Assembly: GCA_016201795.1 (NCBI GenBank)
Contig: JACQCF010000010.1
Location: 79,095-143,094 of the forward strand
DNA length: 64,000 bases
Reading direction: 5' to 3'
Source: Candidatus Omnitrophota bacterium
GTDB lineage: Bacteria; Omnitrophota; Gorgyraeia; Zapsychrales; Fredricksoniimonadaceae
Position numbers and translations under genes: made by a program
Notes under the pieces: generated by a model
The model's database searches: none
The model's input: only the letters and a program-made list of their open reading frames with translations
What the model was told of the DNA's origin: nothing
Part shown: positions 23,801-35,800 of the stretch, one piece after another
Layout of the letters: every line of letters starts with the position of its first letter
Position numbering within the stretch: position 1 is the first letter of the stretch

Positions 23801-26800
23801 AGGCGCGTGCTATTAATGCTACCCAAAAAATTGACATTTCTACTGAAGAGGGTCAGAAATTAACCCAAGGCCAACAGGCCCTCCAGATTGCTCAAAACAA
23901 GGCCGCAGCCGTGAATCATTTGAAGATTTTCTTACCGGTTCTTAATGGTCGTGGTGTTGATTATGAAGAAGTTGATCTTTCGAACTTGCGGCAGACGGTC
24001 GATCGTATGGCTAGCGCAGCTAAAGAGGATCAACGTTATAAACTCAATTATGACATGGTAACTCCTACAGAACAAAAAGAGCGCATTAACAAGTTGTTCT
24101 TTAATAATCTTATTCAATTGGATGAGAACGGAAAACTTGATGAGGCTCTCGATCCGGAAATTCGCCATCATGTCGAAGAAGCGTACAAAGAATTAAAAGC
24201 GAGAAATATCCCAGTAAGATCATTCATTGCTCGCTTCCAATATAATTTTCGTGATACTAGTTTTGGTGGTCACAGGGGCTCTGGTGGTAAGGAATACGAT
24301 AAAGAAGGCAATGCCATTACTGAACGCGAGGAAAAAGTTGTTCACGTGAATCCTTCTGCGGCTAACATTGCCCCCTATCTTGAAGATACAGAATTGAAGG
24401 ATGTTGATACTGCACAAGAACGCATTGCTGAGACCATCTTGCACGAAGCGTTAAGCCATGTCCGTACTGCTTCTCACTATTCTCAAGTAGAAGTGCGTCG
24501 TATTTGGGAAAAATCGCTTAAAGCCATGGAAATGATGAAACAGAGCGGTAAATCAGTGGTTCAAATTCCTTTAACCAATCGTGAAGGTGTTGAAGAGTAT
24601 GAGGCAATGCGCAATGATAAGGGAGAAATAGTGAGCGCGATGCTGATAAGCATTACTAATACGAGCAAGGAAAATATGCGATTGAAACATCTGGAATTTG
24701 GGAATTATAAGATTTATTTGTTACCCGGACAGAAATTAAATTATAAGGAAGGGAAATTGATAGATAAGGATGGCCAGGTTAAAGATTTCAACCCTAGTCA
24801 GTCAGGCCCACTTACGCTTAGTGACGTTATGGCTAATTTATCAGAAGAAGAAATAGCGGGTATTGAAGCAAAATATTGGGAAGCAGCAGGGCGTATAGGC
24901 GGTAGTAATGAAAAAATTAATCGAATAGCAGAGCTTTTACCGTTTATAAACCACAGCCAGCAAAGTATTGATGAAAAGGAATATGATGTAGCGCTCGACG
25001 CGTACAGAAAAGCTGTTGATCGTTGGCAAGATCGTCAAGATAAGAGCATGCTTTCCTCTTCGAAGGAAGATCACGCCATGGTTACCGCCGATTTATCTCG
25101 TGAAGAAATCGCCAACCGTTTGCACGAATTACTTTCCAGGCCAGCCGCTGAATTCAGGCTTCAACAGCAAGCTAACAACAGATTGTTGATCGAAGCCCAC
25201 AAGCAGATGGTCCGCGCCAATCGGGTTGAACAAGAAAAACTTGCTCAAGCCGTTGCCGATCTTCAAGCCAAAGAAAATCCAACACCAGCAAAAGATTTAA
25301 GTGACGCTTTAAAATTAGCCTTTCCTCAACCAGAAAATATTGAATCTTCTCAGCCGGGTGCGAGCGCAAATCCCGCCATACGTCCTACTTCTCCAGAAGA
25401 ACCAAGTTTGTTGCTCGCACCTGCTGAGGAGGTTGCTCCTGTTCCATCCGCTGAGGTTGAATTCCAGCAGTGGCTTGCAAATTTTGAAAAAGAGCTTGTC
25501 AACGCTGTGCCCAAGGCTTCTCAACAAAAAGCTGTTCCTGCGCCGCGTCTAAGAATTTTACCTTTCGACAGAACCGGTCAGGGGCTGCTTTTTAAGGATG
25601 TGCATAAGAGATTGAAGACCCTTGAGCAGCCGGAACCTCAACTACTTCCTGAATTTAGTATTGGACAATTGCCGTTATTTGTTCCCGTACCAACATTGGG
25701 TGGCAAGAAAATAGAAAAATTACCAGCCGAAATCGACACAAGGACTTTTGAAGAACTGGCTGCTCAAGACGATCTTTTGGCACAAAAGCTCAAGGAGCTG
25801 TATGAACAACAACATGGTCAGCGGGAATTAGCTCAACCTGCGCCGCAACCGACGACTGGTCTGACCGTCGTAAGCGCCCAACCGACTGCTCCTGCCGAAG
25901 CAGGATCGACGTTGTTCCTTACAAGGAATCTCCAAGGGGCAAATCAGGAAAAATTGACCGTCACTGACGAGAAGGACCGGCAATCGCAGTTGGCTATCAC
26001 AGCAGCCTTTAATCAATTAAACAATCCCACCGAGCCAGAGCTGACGCAGGCCTTAAGCAGCGCACTGCCTAAGATTAAAGTAGCGACAGGCACTATTTAT
26101 ACACAGCCCAACACAAAAGCGTTTTTGTGGTTTAATGAGCGCGATAACATCCATCTACTGGAATATTGGCTGGTTCAAGCAGGCGATCACAATTTTGTCT
26201 TGCCCAAGGATTTGAAAGAATGGGCCTTGGCCTTCCCGGCCCTAGAAGGCAAAGTCATGGCCGTGGAAGTTAAACTCAATGACGGCCAAGCGTGGTCTGT
26301 AAAGACTCAGCCTGTTGCGACTGAAGTAGAGCGCGGTATTTCGAATTCCGACAAGTCGATGCTTGCCGATCGGCCGTCGATATCCATGGGGCGCACTCAA
26401 CTCTCTGCCCGTGACACGGCAGTTCATTTGCTTAATTTCAGGATGGAAGTTGCCAATAAGTTAAAACTTCTGACAACGTATCCGGATTTTGATAAAAATG
26501 AGCTGGAGGTTGGCTTCATAGCAGGGCCGTCGGGGATTCCCAGCTTCGAACGCGGCGGGATGAAACGCCAGGTTTACTCGTTTGAGCAGTTCCCCCCTGA
26601 AGGCATAGGCTTCCATACGCATCCGGTCACCAACCATCCGCTTCTGGGGCGTTTGTATTTCAACAGTTTTATTCCGAGCACTCTTGATTTGACTAATACC
26701 CAAGACCGGCTGTCGAAGGAAGTTATTGTCTGGGGCCATCCGGATGTTGGCTTTTTTGCGACAGAGGTGAAGTTTGATCCGGCGACCGACAAGGATGCCA

Positions 26801-29800
26801 TCGCGCTGGTCAGCAAGTTTTCGAACGGGGGCGGAATTTCGCAGATCGAGGTGGCACAGCAGTTGTACGATAAAGGCGTCCTGAAATTTTACCGGCTGAC
26901 GGACAGCAAAGGCAATCCTTACGGCCCGCAAGCCAAACAAGGCCAGGAAATACCTGAATTCGAACCGATCACCATCAACGATGTGCGCGCGTTGTATAAC
27001 TTTGACCGCAAACGCGGACAAGCGTTCGTCATTGATCAGGAAGTTGCAGAGCTTTCGCAATTCAAGGCCCGGAAAGAACAAGAGCTGGAGCTTTTAAATA
27101 AAGGCGTCAATAATTCTAACCTTACTGCGGAAGATAGACGCGTGGCATTGCAGAATGCGATCAATCGATATGCTCGGAATATCGTTCGTTTGGCCAAGGA
27201 AAAAGAAAGCATTGATTTGACTTTGCCGAAATGGGTGATTGGTTCTCAGGCGTCCGACGGGGCGATGACCGCTGAAGAGGTGATTAATGGTGTTGCCGAC
27301 GCTGGTCGATATAAAACCACAATCCAAACACTAAGGCAAAAGTTAGGCCGAGAATTGCTATCCCCATCTCAATCTCCTTCCTTGGCAGGACAAATTAGGG
27401 AAGGTATTAATGGTGCTGTTTATGTGACCTACGCTGATCAATTAAGAACCAAAGACCAAAGATTACAATTATTGATAAACCAAACAGGATTGTTGCCATT
27501 TTATTTGTCTCCTTTGGGGGGGAATATAGCCACGCTAAACAATAACAATCCAAAAGCGATGGCTGCAAGACCCAATTTAATTAATAAGGACACATTCCTT
27601 AGAGCTTCCGCGAAAAATTTACGTCTTGATGAGGTCCAAAATTCATCCATTAGTAGCAATATAACACCGATTGCTGGAGCTGTCAAGGAAGGCGGTATGA
27701 GAGCGCTCGACGGGGCGATGACCTCACAGAATGGCGGGACGGCCACCTCCCGCCGGGATTTCTTGTTGAAGAGGTTCATTCCTGTCGTCGTTGGCGTGGC
27801 TGTTGCGCCGTCTTTATTGGCCCAGCAGACTCAGAAGATTAAATACGCCAATGACAAAAACCATGTCTTTGATTTGCGTACGGCTACAATACTCGATCCT
27901 AAGCAAGAAATTAGCGAAGACCGAATGGGGATTTTCAACAAAGGGAAAGTCGATATTGCCAAAATTTTCTTAGGCCAATGTGTTCTTGTCTTAGCGACCT
28001 TTGAGGGAGATAACCGCGTTGCCATGATGCATCTTGCTTCCGGACGTCTTCTGGATCCAAAAACCGGCAGGAGGGATATTTATGAGTCTTTTGATATAGA
28101 GGATCAAGTACGTAAATTCAAACAGAATTTGCGTGATGCAGGGATCGATTTAGATGATAAAGACCAGAGAAGGAAAGTAACCATTCATACATTCCGCATG
28201 GGCAGCTCTTCCCTTAAACCTAAGTTCTGGCCCACGCTGGATGAGACCCTGACACAGCTTCTCGGCAATTTCGTCAATCACCCGGTCATGCGCGGGTACG
28301 ATGGATTTAAGATGGACTTTAACAGAGTTGATGGGCCGTGGAAAATTAATATTACCGATGTTGCTGATCCAAAGAATGTTTACTATAACTATGAAATTGC
28401 CCCGCGCTCGGGCAAGCTGGTTAAGCAAGACAAGGCCATGACTATCAAACTCGCCGACAGAGCCGTGGTGAGTCATTTGTTGAATTTAGCCCAAACCAAA
28501 CCTATGGATTTTGCCATGGAAGCCAAGAAGGGGCCGGAAGTTCGTGAAATAGCCAAGAGATATTATCCTGTTTTAAGAGACGCCGCGATGTCCGCCAAAA
28601 TCTCCGATTTTGCGGAAAAGGAAACAATAGTAAAGGCTTACCCGGGTGAATTACTTAATCGTTTACATGCCATTACCAAACACCTGGGAAATTCTTTCCC
28701 GAACGACAACGATTGGACGGTGTTTGAATTGATGTTGACGGCGTTAAAGCGTAATTCTCTGATTCAACTGCCATTGAATAAAGTCGCGTTTGTGGGTACT
28801 GATTCCGATGTGTTGCCGAAACTATTTTCTGAGGTTTCACCGCAGTCCAACATCAAGGTCGTGCAGCCGGGTATTTTAAGGAAAGTCTGGGGAGGCCAAG
28901 AACGCTATGTTCATCTTGCCAAAGCCATCCAGCAAGTCGGTTTTGAAGATGAGAATAAGGACATTGATTTTATCTTCAGCACCGGACTATTTAACATGGA
29001 GCTGCAAGAGGCCCAAGGGGACAGGACAGATATGTCTAAACAGGTGATGAACCGTACCAGTCTGCGGCAGTTAGTCGGTCAGGGCACCGCCAATGAACGC
29101 CGCGTTGATATGTGGAAGGCCATCAATGCGCATTTGTCCAAACAGGGAATAGCTGTTATTAATGTTGGACCAATGCGTGACTATAAATTTGAAGCTTTAA
29201 TGAAAGGCGCTGGAGCGCAACCGGAGTGGTTAATAGGAGGCATGTATTTATTTAATAAACAGACAGATCGCGCCATGTTTACACAACGGCCAGAGCAGAA
29301 TGTCGGGTCTTCGACAGAAATGTCTTCCACCACTTTGGGTAAGGATTGGTCGATGGCTTTCCCATGGGTCGATTATGAATTCAAGAAGGCAAAGGATAAG
29401 GCGGAGTTTATTAAGAGCTTCTTTATGGATCGGTTTGGAACCGGTGTTGGTTTGAGCTGGGCGGACGTCAAAGCCTATTTGCAAAAAACAGAACCGGACT
29501 TTGAATCCACCGGCTACGCCGACGGATGGCAGGATCTGGTGGCCATACGTCGGGCGATACAATCGGCCATGGATAGTTTGGATGAAAACCAGTTGATAGA
29601 GCTGTTTACTGCGCCGCCATTCAAAGCACAAATCGCCACAGCGTTTGGCGGCCGGGTCCTATTGCAGAACATGCTTTTATTGTGGAGTTTTGCCCATGGC
29701 ATGAGCACCAAGCAAGACAGAAAAGCCAAAGTCGATGCCTTGCTTAAGACTATATTAGAGAAAGCCGGTGTTTCTAGTGTCGTCCCCGAAAGTATTTATC

Positions 29801-32800
29801 GGGGACCTAGTACTTCAGGAACTTCTGGACCCCCGACAAAAACATTCGGGGGTGACAAAGTTTTGCCTGTGCAATTCCCTGAGCCAGAGCTTCAACCTGC
29901 GCCTGCTATTCGGCCGGTCCCCCTACCCGTGTCATTGCGAGCGAATGAAATGAGCGAAGCAATCTCTTATCCTAATAAAAAGATTGCTTCAGTCGCTTCG
30001 CTCCTTCGCAATGACACCAATGTGGTGGTTATTAATTTCAATCGCATCATGATGAATCCTCAGGCCACGGCCAGGGGGCCAGTAACGAAAACTACAGATG
30101 CCTATAGCCCTGTCCGAGAAGCCCAGCAGATAGCCGATTCTGCTGACGAGGCCATGACGACCATAACTTTAAACAATGGCGTAACAATAGAAACACCTGT
30201 GAAGGAAGCTTCGGAAATAGAAAACCTCATGGGCACGAAAAGAGACCGTCCCGTTGTTATCATGACCACAGAATCTGCCCAGGGTAGTTACTTATTACAA
30301 AATTTTGGAATTACAAAGGGATGGGAATTCTCGCACACCTCGTTGGCTGACATTGAAGAAATTTTGGGGACGAACAATGTTACTGAAAAGATACGTCAGT
30401 TAGTAGCAGAAGAAAAAGTTCGTCGTCAGCAAGAGGATTATACGCCGCGCCAGATCCGTGTGCTCGACTGGGGGGCTGGTTCAGGCACAGCTCTGGAGGA
30501 TTTAGTTAAAGTGTTGGGCGAAGACAGGGAGTATGTTGAACTGATTGCTTATGGCAACATGGTTTATTCTAATCAATCGAACGCAGCCGATAGAACCATT
30601 TTTGATGTGAAAGAAAATTTGGGGGCTTATATTGAACCAGGCAGTATCGACCTTGTCTTTAGTCATTTAGGGCTTTTCCACGCGGGGATTCGGTACATTA
30701 ATGATGATCTCATGGCGCTGGTCCGCGCGGGAGGAACAGTTGTTTTCAATACTGATTCTCCTCAAGCCGTGAAGACGGTATTCCCTGAATCAATGGATGT
30801 AGCGGGGTTAAAAGTCAATTATGTGATTGCTGCTCTGATAAAGAACTTACGGACAAGTTCTGTGGTGGTGTTAAGGCCAGCCTCAGATGCCAGTCCGGTG
30901 ATGACGATGGAGAATGGACAGCCATTGCCGCTGGTCCAGGCACGGGAATTATTAGAACACATGAACAAATGGTTTAAACGTACACCTGTGATGGATGGTG
31001 AACGTGACCGTACCATTAGAACACGGCTTGAAGAAGCCGTCCAATCGAGCCAGCTTAATACAGCCTCTCCTGTTGCCGCATCGTATCGTCGGCTTAAGGA
31101 AGGAGAAATAGCTCAATCCATTGCCCAGTTCTTCAGTGATAAGAACATAAGCGATAAAGCTGATCAGATGAGTCTCGTTAATACTGCTATTGCTTATTTG
31201 CATGCTGGGCAGTGGCAGCCGCATGACGCGGCCATGACGGCAGCGGCGGGAGCAGGACAAGCGGCGGCAGCATCGACCGCGGATATTCTGCAACAGCGTT
31301 TGGGCATTCTCAAGCAGGTCGCCTCTTATGTACAAAAGCATTTTGCCAAACGCCAGGGCAACCCCACGGATGTTCTTTTCAATGATGTGATGTTTGTTGA
31401 TCAGCTTAAGATCGCCGAGAGGATTATCAAAGAACGAATAGCGGTGGCTCCCAATGCTGCAGGTAAATCTCTGGCTGAATTTTTGGCTGCCTTGTCTGTG
31501 GCCCTGGCTGGCCAGCACGCTACATTATTGGGCCGTAACGAAGGTGACATCAGCAAATTCTTTGACGATGTAGACCTGCCGCCTGGCTTTATCGCCACCT
31601 ACCAGCAAATGGCCCAAGAAATCAGTAGCGCCTTTGGCCAAAACATCCGCCTGGTTAACATGGATGAATTAATTGAAGAATATCAGATGGCTCTTGCCAA
31701 AGGAGATGTCCAACAGGCCAAATTACTAGAAGAACAGATTAAGCAAGCTCTTGACGATACCAGCGCCATCAAATTCTTCTCATTGACCAGCCGCGGCCAT
31801 CTGCCGCAGCGTATCAAACACGATCCTAAACTCCTGGCTGCCCTGCAGTCTTCCAAATTAAACGGCATAACGATCCTGGATGAGGCCGATGACCTCTTGT
31901 TGCTTGAGGTAACCTATATCGCTTCTGAGCCGGTGAACGTGGCCAAGAGCGACATAGCCAAAAACATGGTCAAGAAGATCAAGGAACTCTCCAAGCTTAT
32001 TAATATTGAAGGTATCAAGCCAGGCAAAGGCAAGGCTATCAAGAGAGTTGCCACCATTAAAGAATTTGAAGAGGCGCAGCAGAAGAAAGAATTGGCCGTC
32101 TGGTTTAGCGGTCAGATCGGCGTCAATGGTTTGGCCGGTACGCCGGATATGCTGGTGACCAAGGCGGTGTTTGAGCATTTGCACGATTATCCGGCTTATT
32201 TTGTGGAAAGCGTCATTCGCGGCATCATGGAACCGATCAATACAAGACTGGTCCCTGCAGAAAAAGACGGTAAACTCCAGCTGGTGTCCCGCAGCCGCAT
32301 CGGTGAACCTCAGAAGGATTTGATTTTCAGCGAATTCCCTTATCTGATCGTCCAGACCTTGAAATATAACCAGCAGAACTCCGGCCGTAAGATTGTCATT
32401 GATGATTTGCAAGTGACCAGCGCCAGCGTTTACGAAAATCCGATCCAAGAAATCCTTCAAGGCCCCATCGGCGGCGCGACCGCTACCAAGAGCACAGCCC
32501 AGCAAATCATTGAGGCCAAGACAGGTTTGCGCATTGAGCCCGACGATATTATCGGTGGCGAAAGCAATTTGATTGAACAAATGACCTGGTCTGGCCAGCG
32601 TCAAGTGGTGGTTGAACCTGTCGATTCCGTACTCAAACGCGCTTTAGAGCTAGTGCGACAAGCCAAGAGCAATCATCACGGCTCCTTGGTGTTTGCTGAT
32701 AACTATGAAACTCTTCAAGCTACGGCCAAGCTGTTGCGCCAGGAATTCGGCAACGACCAGGTGGATGTTATTGATGGAAGCGAGTCCGATATAAGCAAAT

Positions 32801-35800
32801 ATGAGAATGAGATAGGCAGCAAGCAGCGCATTGTGGTGGCCTTGCCTATCGCCGCCAAACAGCACGACTTTAAAGGCAATATTGATTTGATTATTCTTTA
32901 CGGCGAGCGCTGGACGTTGACCGATGGCACCCACGCAGTCAACCGTATCCTACGCCACGCAGGGGAAACCGGCAGTATTACTGTGTTGACTCAGAAGGAT
33001 GAGCTTAATCAACTCATCGATCAGATTAAGGAACTGACGCCAGATATTGAACGTTTATTACCGCAGAACTCCTCTTATAATGACCTTAAGCAATGGGTGA
33101 ATGATTTTAATAACAGGACCAGTGATCCGGTTGAGTTATTCAAACTGGCCATACGTTTCCATGAATTGCGGCAGCGTTCGCACGCGCATGAGCATGCGGT
33201 GGATACCGTCTTGCGTAACAGCCGTCAGACCTGGCTCTTGAATAAATTAAGGGAAATGGTTCAGTTGCCATCAGCGACGGAGGCTGACAAGCAGGCTTTG
33301 GATTATCTGCAGCAGCGCGAAGCCGTAGGGCATTACGGTTCCACCATGCAGGAGCTTAATACCACTGCCTTGACCGGACGCGATTTGGTCAAGCGCATTT
33401 CCACCATGCGCTGGGATGCGTTAGAATCCATGGCCAATGATCTTTTAGCTTACAGCGAGCCTTCCAGCGGGGCACCTGTCAGCGACGGTATTCGTCGATT
33501 AGCGCAAGAAACGCTGGATTCGATCCAACAGCGCCGTCTGAAGGAAGCCGCCGAATTTATGGTGTATCAGCCAAGCCAGGGCGACTCGGTCAAGGAATCA
33601 GGTGCTTATGAGAATCCTGATCATGAAGCGATCTTGCGCGGGGCGTTGTTCTTAGGTGATGGAATTTTGCCAAGCCGTATCAGCCGTGCCTTTAATGAAC
33701 CACAACAAAGCATAGCTTCGGCCCTTGCCAAGGGTGTCAGCCAGCAGCGTGTTTCTGAATTTAGTGAGCAGGAGATTTCCCCTGAAATGGCCGTCAAAAT
33801 GCTTCATAGCGGTCGTGGCCTGACGGTTTCGCCTACCAACGATGCTTTAACTCAAAATGGCTACTTGTTCTTAGGGATGTGGAAACATCTACAGCTCATT
33901 CAAGGACTGCATGGTCAGCAATTCCGCCGCCTGGCGGATAGGCTGGGAACGGCTTTAATTGGTACCAAAGAAGATGCGTTTAATATAGCACTGGCTTTGT
34001 GGGATTTGAATCTTAAGGATGTAGAAGAAGTCTTGCAATTGGTCAGCGTGGTCGACGGTATTAATACCATTACAGGCGCCAACATAGCGTTGTCTGATGT
34101 GGTGATTGCGCTTGGTTTAAGCCGCGGTAGTTCACAGCAGCTTATCAAGGAAGTTGCCCGCCTGGCAGGCGTGGCGCTGCCAGCTGCCCTTAACGAATAT
34201 TTAGATGCAGTGGTTGGAAAGATTCAAGAAGCCCAACGGCTCCAGAGCCGCATACAGCAACTGCAACTTTTGATGAGTAAGGGAGGATCGTTACCACAAC
34301 GGTGGAGCCTGTGGCGGCAGTTACAGGAAGTTCAAGCGCTGTTGCAGAAGAATCATGCTGAGCGCAGGGGGGCTTTGGAGAAAATTACTTACGCAAATCT
34401 GGAAGCCATGAGAGGTCAGGGTCGCGTGGTGGATGCGCTGCGCCTGTTGGGTGTTAATATTCCTGAGAATCAGGTCAATGAAGAGCAGATTAACCGCACC
34501 TTGAATTTCCTAAGAACTAAGTTGGGCGATGATATCAATAAGATGAATATCACAGATATCGTGGCCGTTATCGGGCAGCCATTAGGCGCCTTATTGTTGC
34601 TTGAGAATCCAGACAGGTCCAATCCGTTGGTCACCGCTATTATAGAGAAGGCGGAAGTCTCTGCCGAATCCATTGACGCCTATATTAAGCGTCATGAGGG
34701 GCAAGCTGATTTCAAATCCAAAGCCAGGAAATTGCAGGCATTGGTCGCTAATAACAGTAGCGTACCGTTAGCCCGCGTGGTGGAAATAATCGGTCTTAAA
34801 CAGGCAGCAGGGTTAATTCAACAAACAGATGAGGATACGCTGAAGTTAGTGCGTGAGGTTGCGGCAGCCGCTGGGGCCAGTGAAGAACAGAAGATGGAAT
34901 TCTGGACAAATCTGTTAGCCCGCCAAGATGCCCAGCCTCAGCAACTGGAAGATGCCGAATTTTGGTTGAAATATGGGTTGTCGTTAAGGAGTATTTACGA
35001 TAACCACGACCGCCTGGTGCCGTTAAAAGCTGTTTTCGTCGGCCAGCCGGTGCTTGATTCGCAAAATAAGGAAGCCTCTATTGATTCTTATTACCGTTAT
35101 TTGGCCCAGCAGGCATTTTTGAATGAGAGATTGGACGAGTTATTGGCCGCTGGCGGTTTAGATCGTATCAACCCTCAGGACATCGAAGCCTACATTAAAA
35201 CTCAAGCCTTGCAGTTGCGTCAACAGGCCAATGAAACCAACACCATACCGGCTGATGGCCGCAGTGTCAGGATTGCCGGGATTAACCAATTAGCCCTGTC
35301 GGGTACAGATACTGAGTTTATAAAGACTGTTTTACGCGTTTTCCTTAAGGCAGACAAGAATGTTAAGGCAGTGGCTTTCGTAGCCAATGATAGGCTGATT
35401 CAGGGCAAAATCTCCGGCAAACTTCAGCCTTATGGAGCACTGCCAGTTCAGTTCAGCCAGGGTTCTGGACTTTTAATCATGCGTCCGGCCGATTTCAATA
35501 ACCCTCAACTGATCACCCAATTAACCCAGCTTGCGTTTTTGGTTGAGCCTGAAAAGCCAGCTTCTACACAACTTGATGAACCTACTGTGCCGATAGCGCC
35601 CCAATCTCAAAATAATTTGTTTACTAACTTATCTACCCGAATGTTCAGCTTGGGCGCTGCCATCGGACTGTTCTTTGCCGCGGAGAGTTTAAAAGCGCAG
35701 GATAATAGCTTCCCTGAGGGCAAGAAAGCCATTGCCCAGTCTACCTCTAATAATAGGCCCAGACAGTGGCCCACAGATGAAGGCGGTCAGACTAGCCGTA

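Noticed and set aside
2993-30017. Repeats as a CRISPR array or IS ends
   Set aside because: The copies are dispersed hairpins without regular spacers, and no cas or transposase gene was seen.
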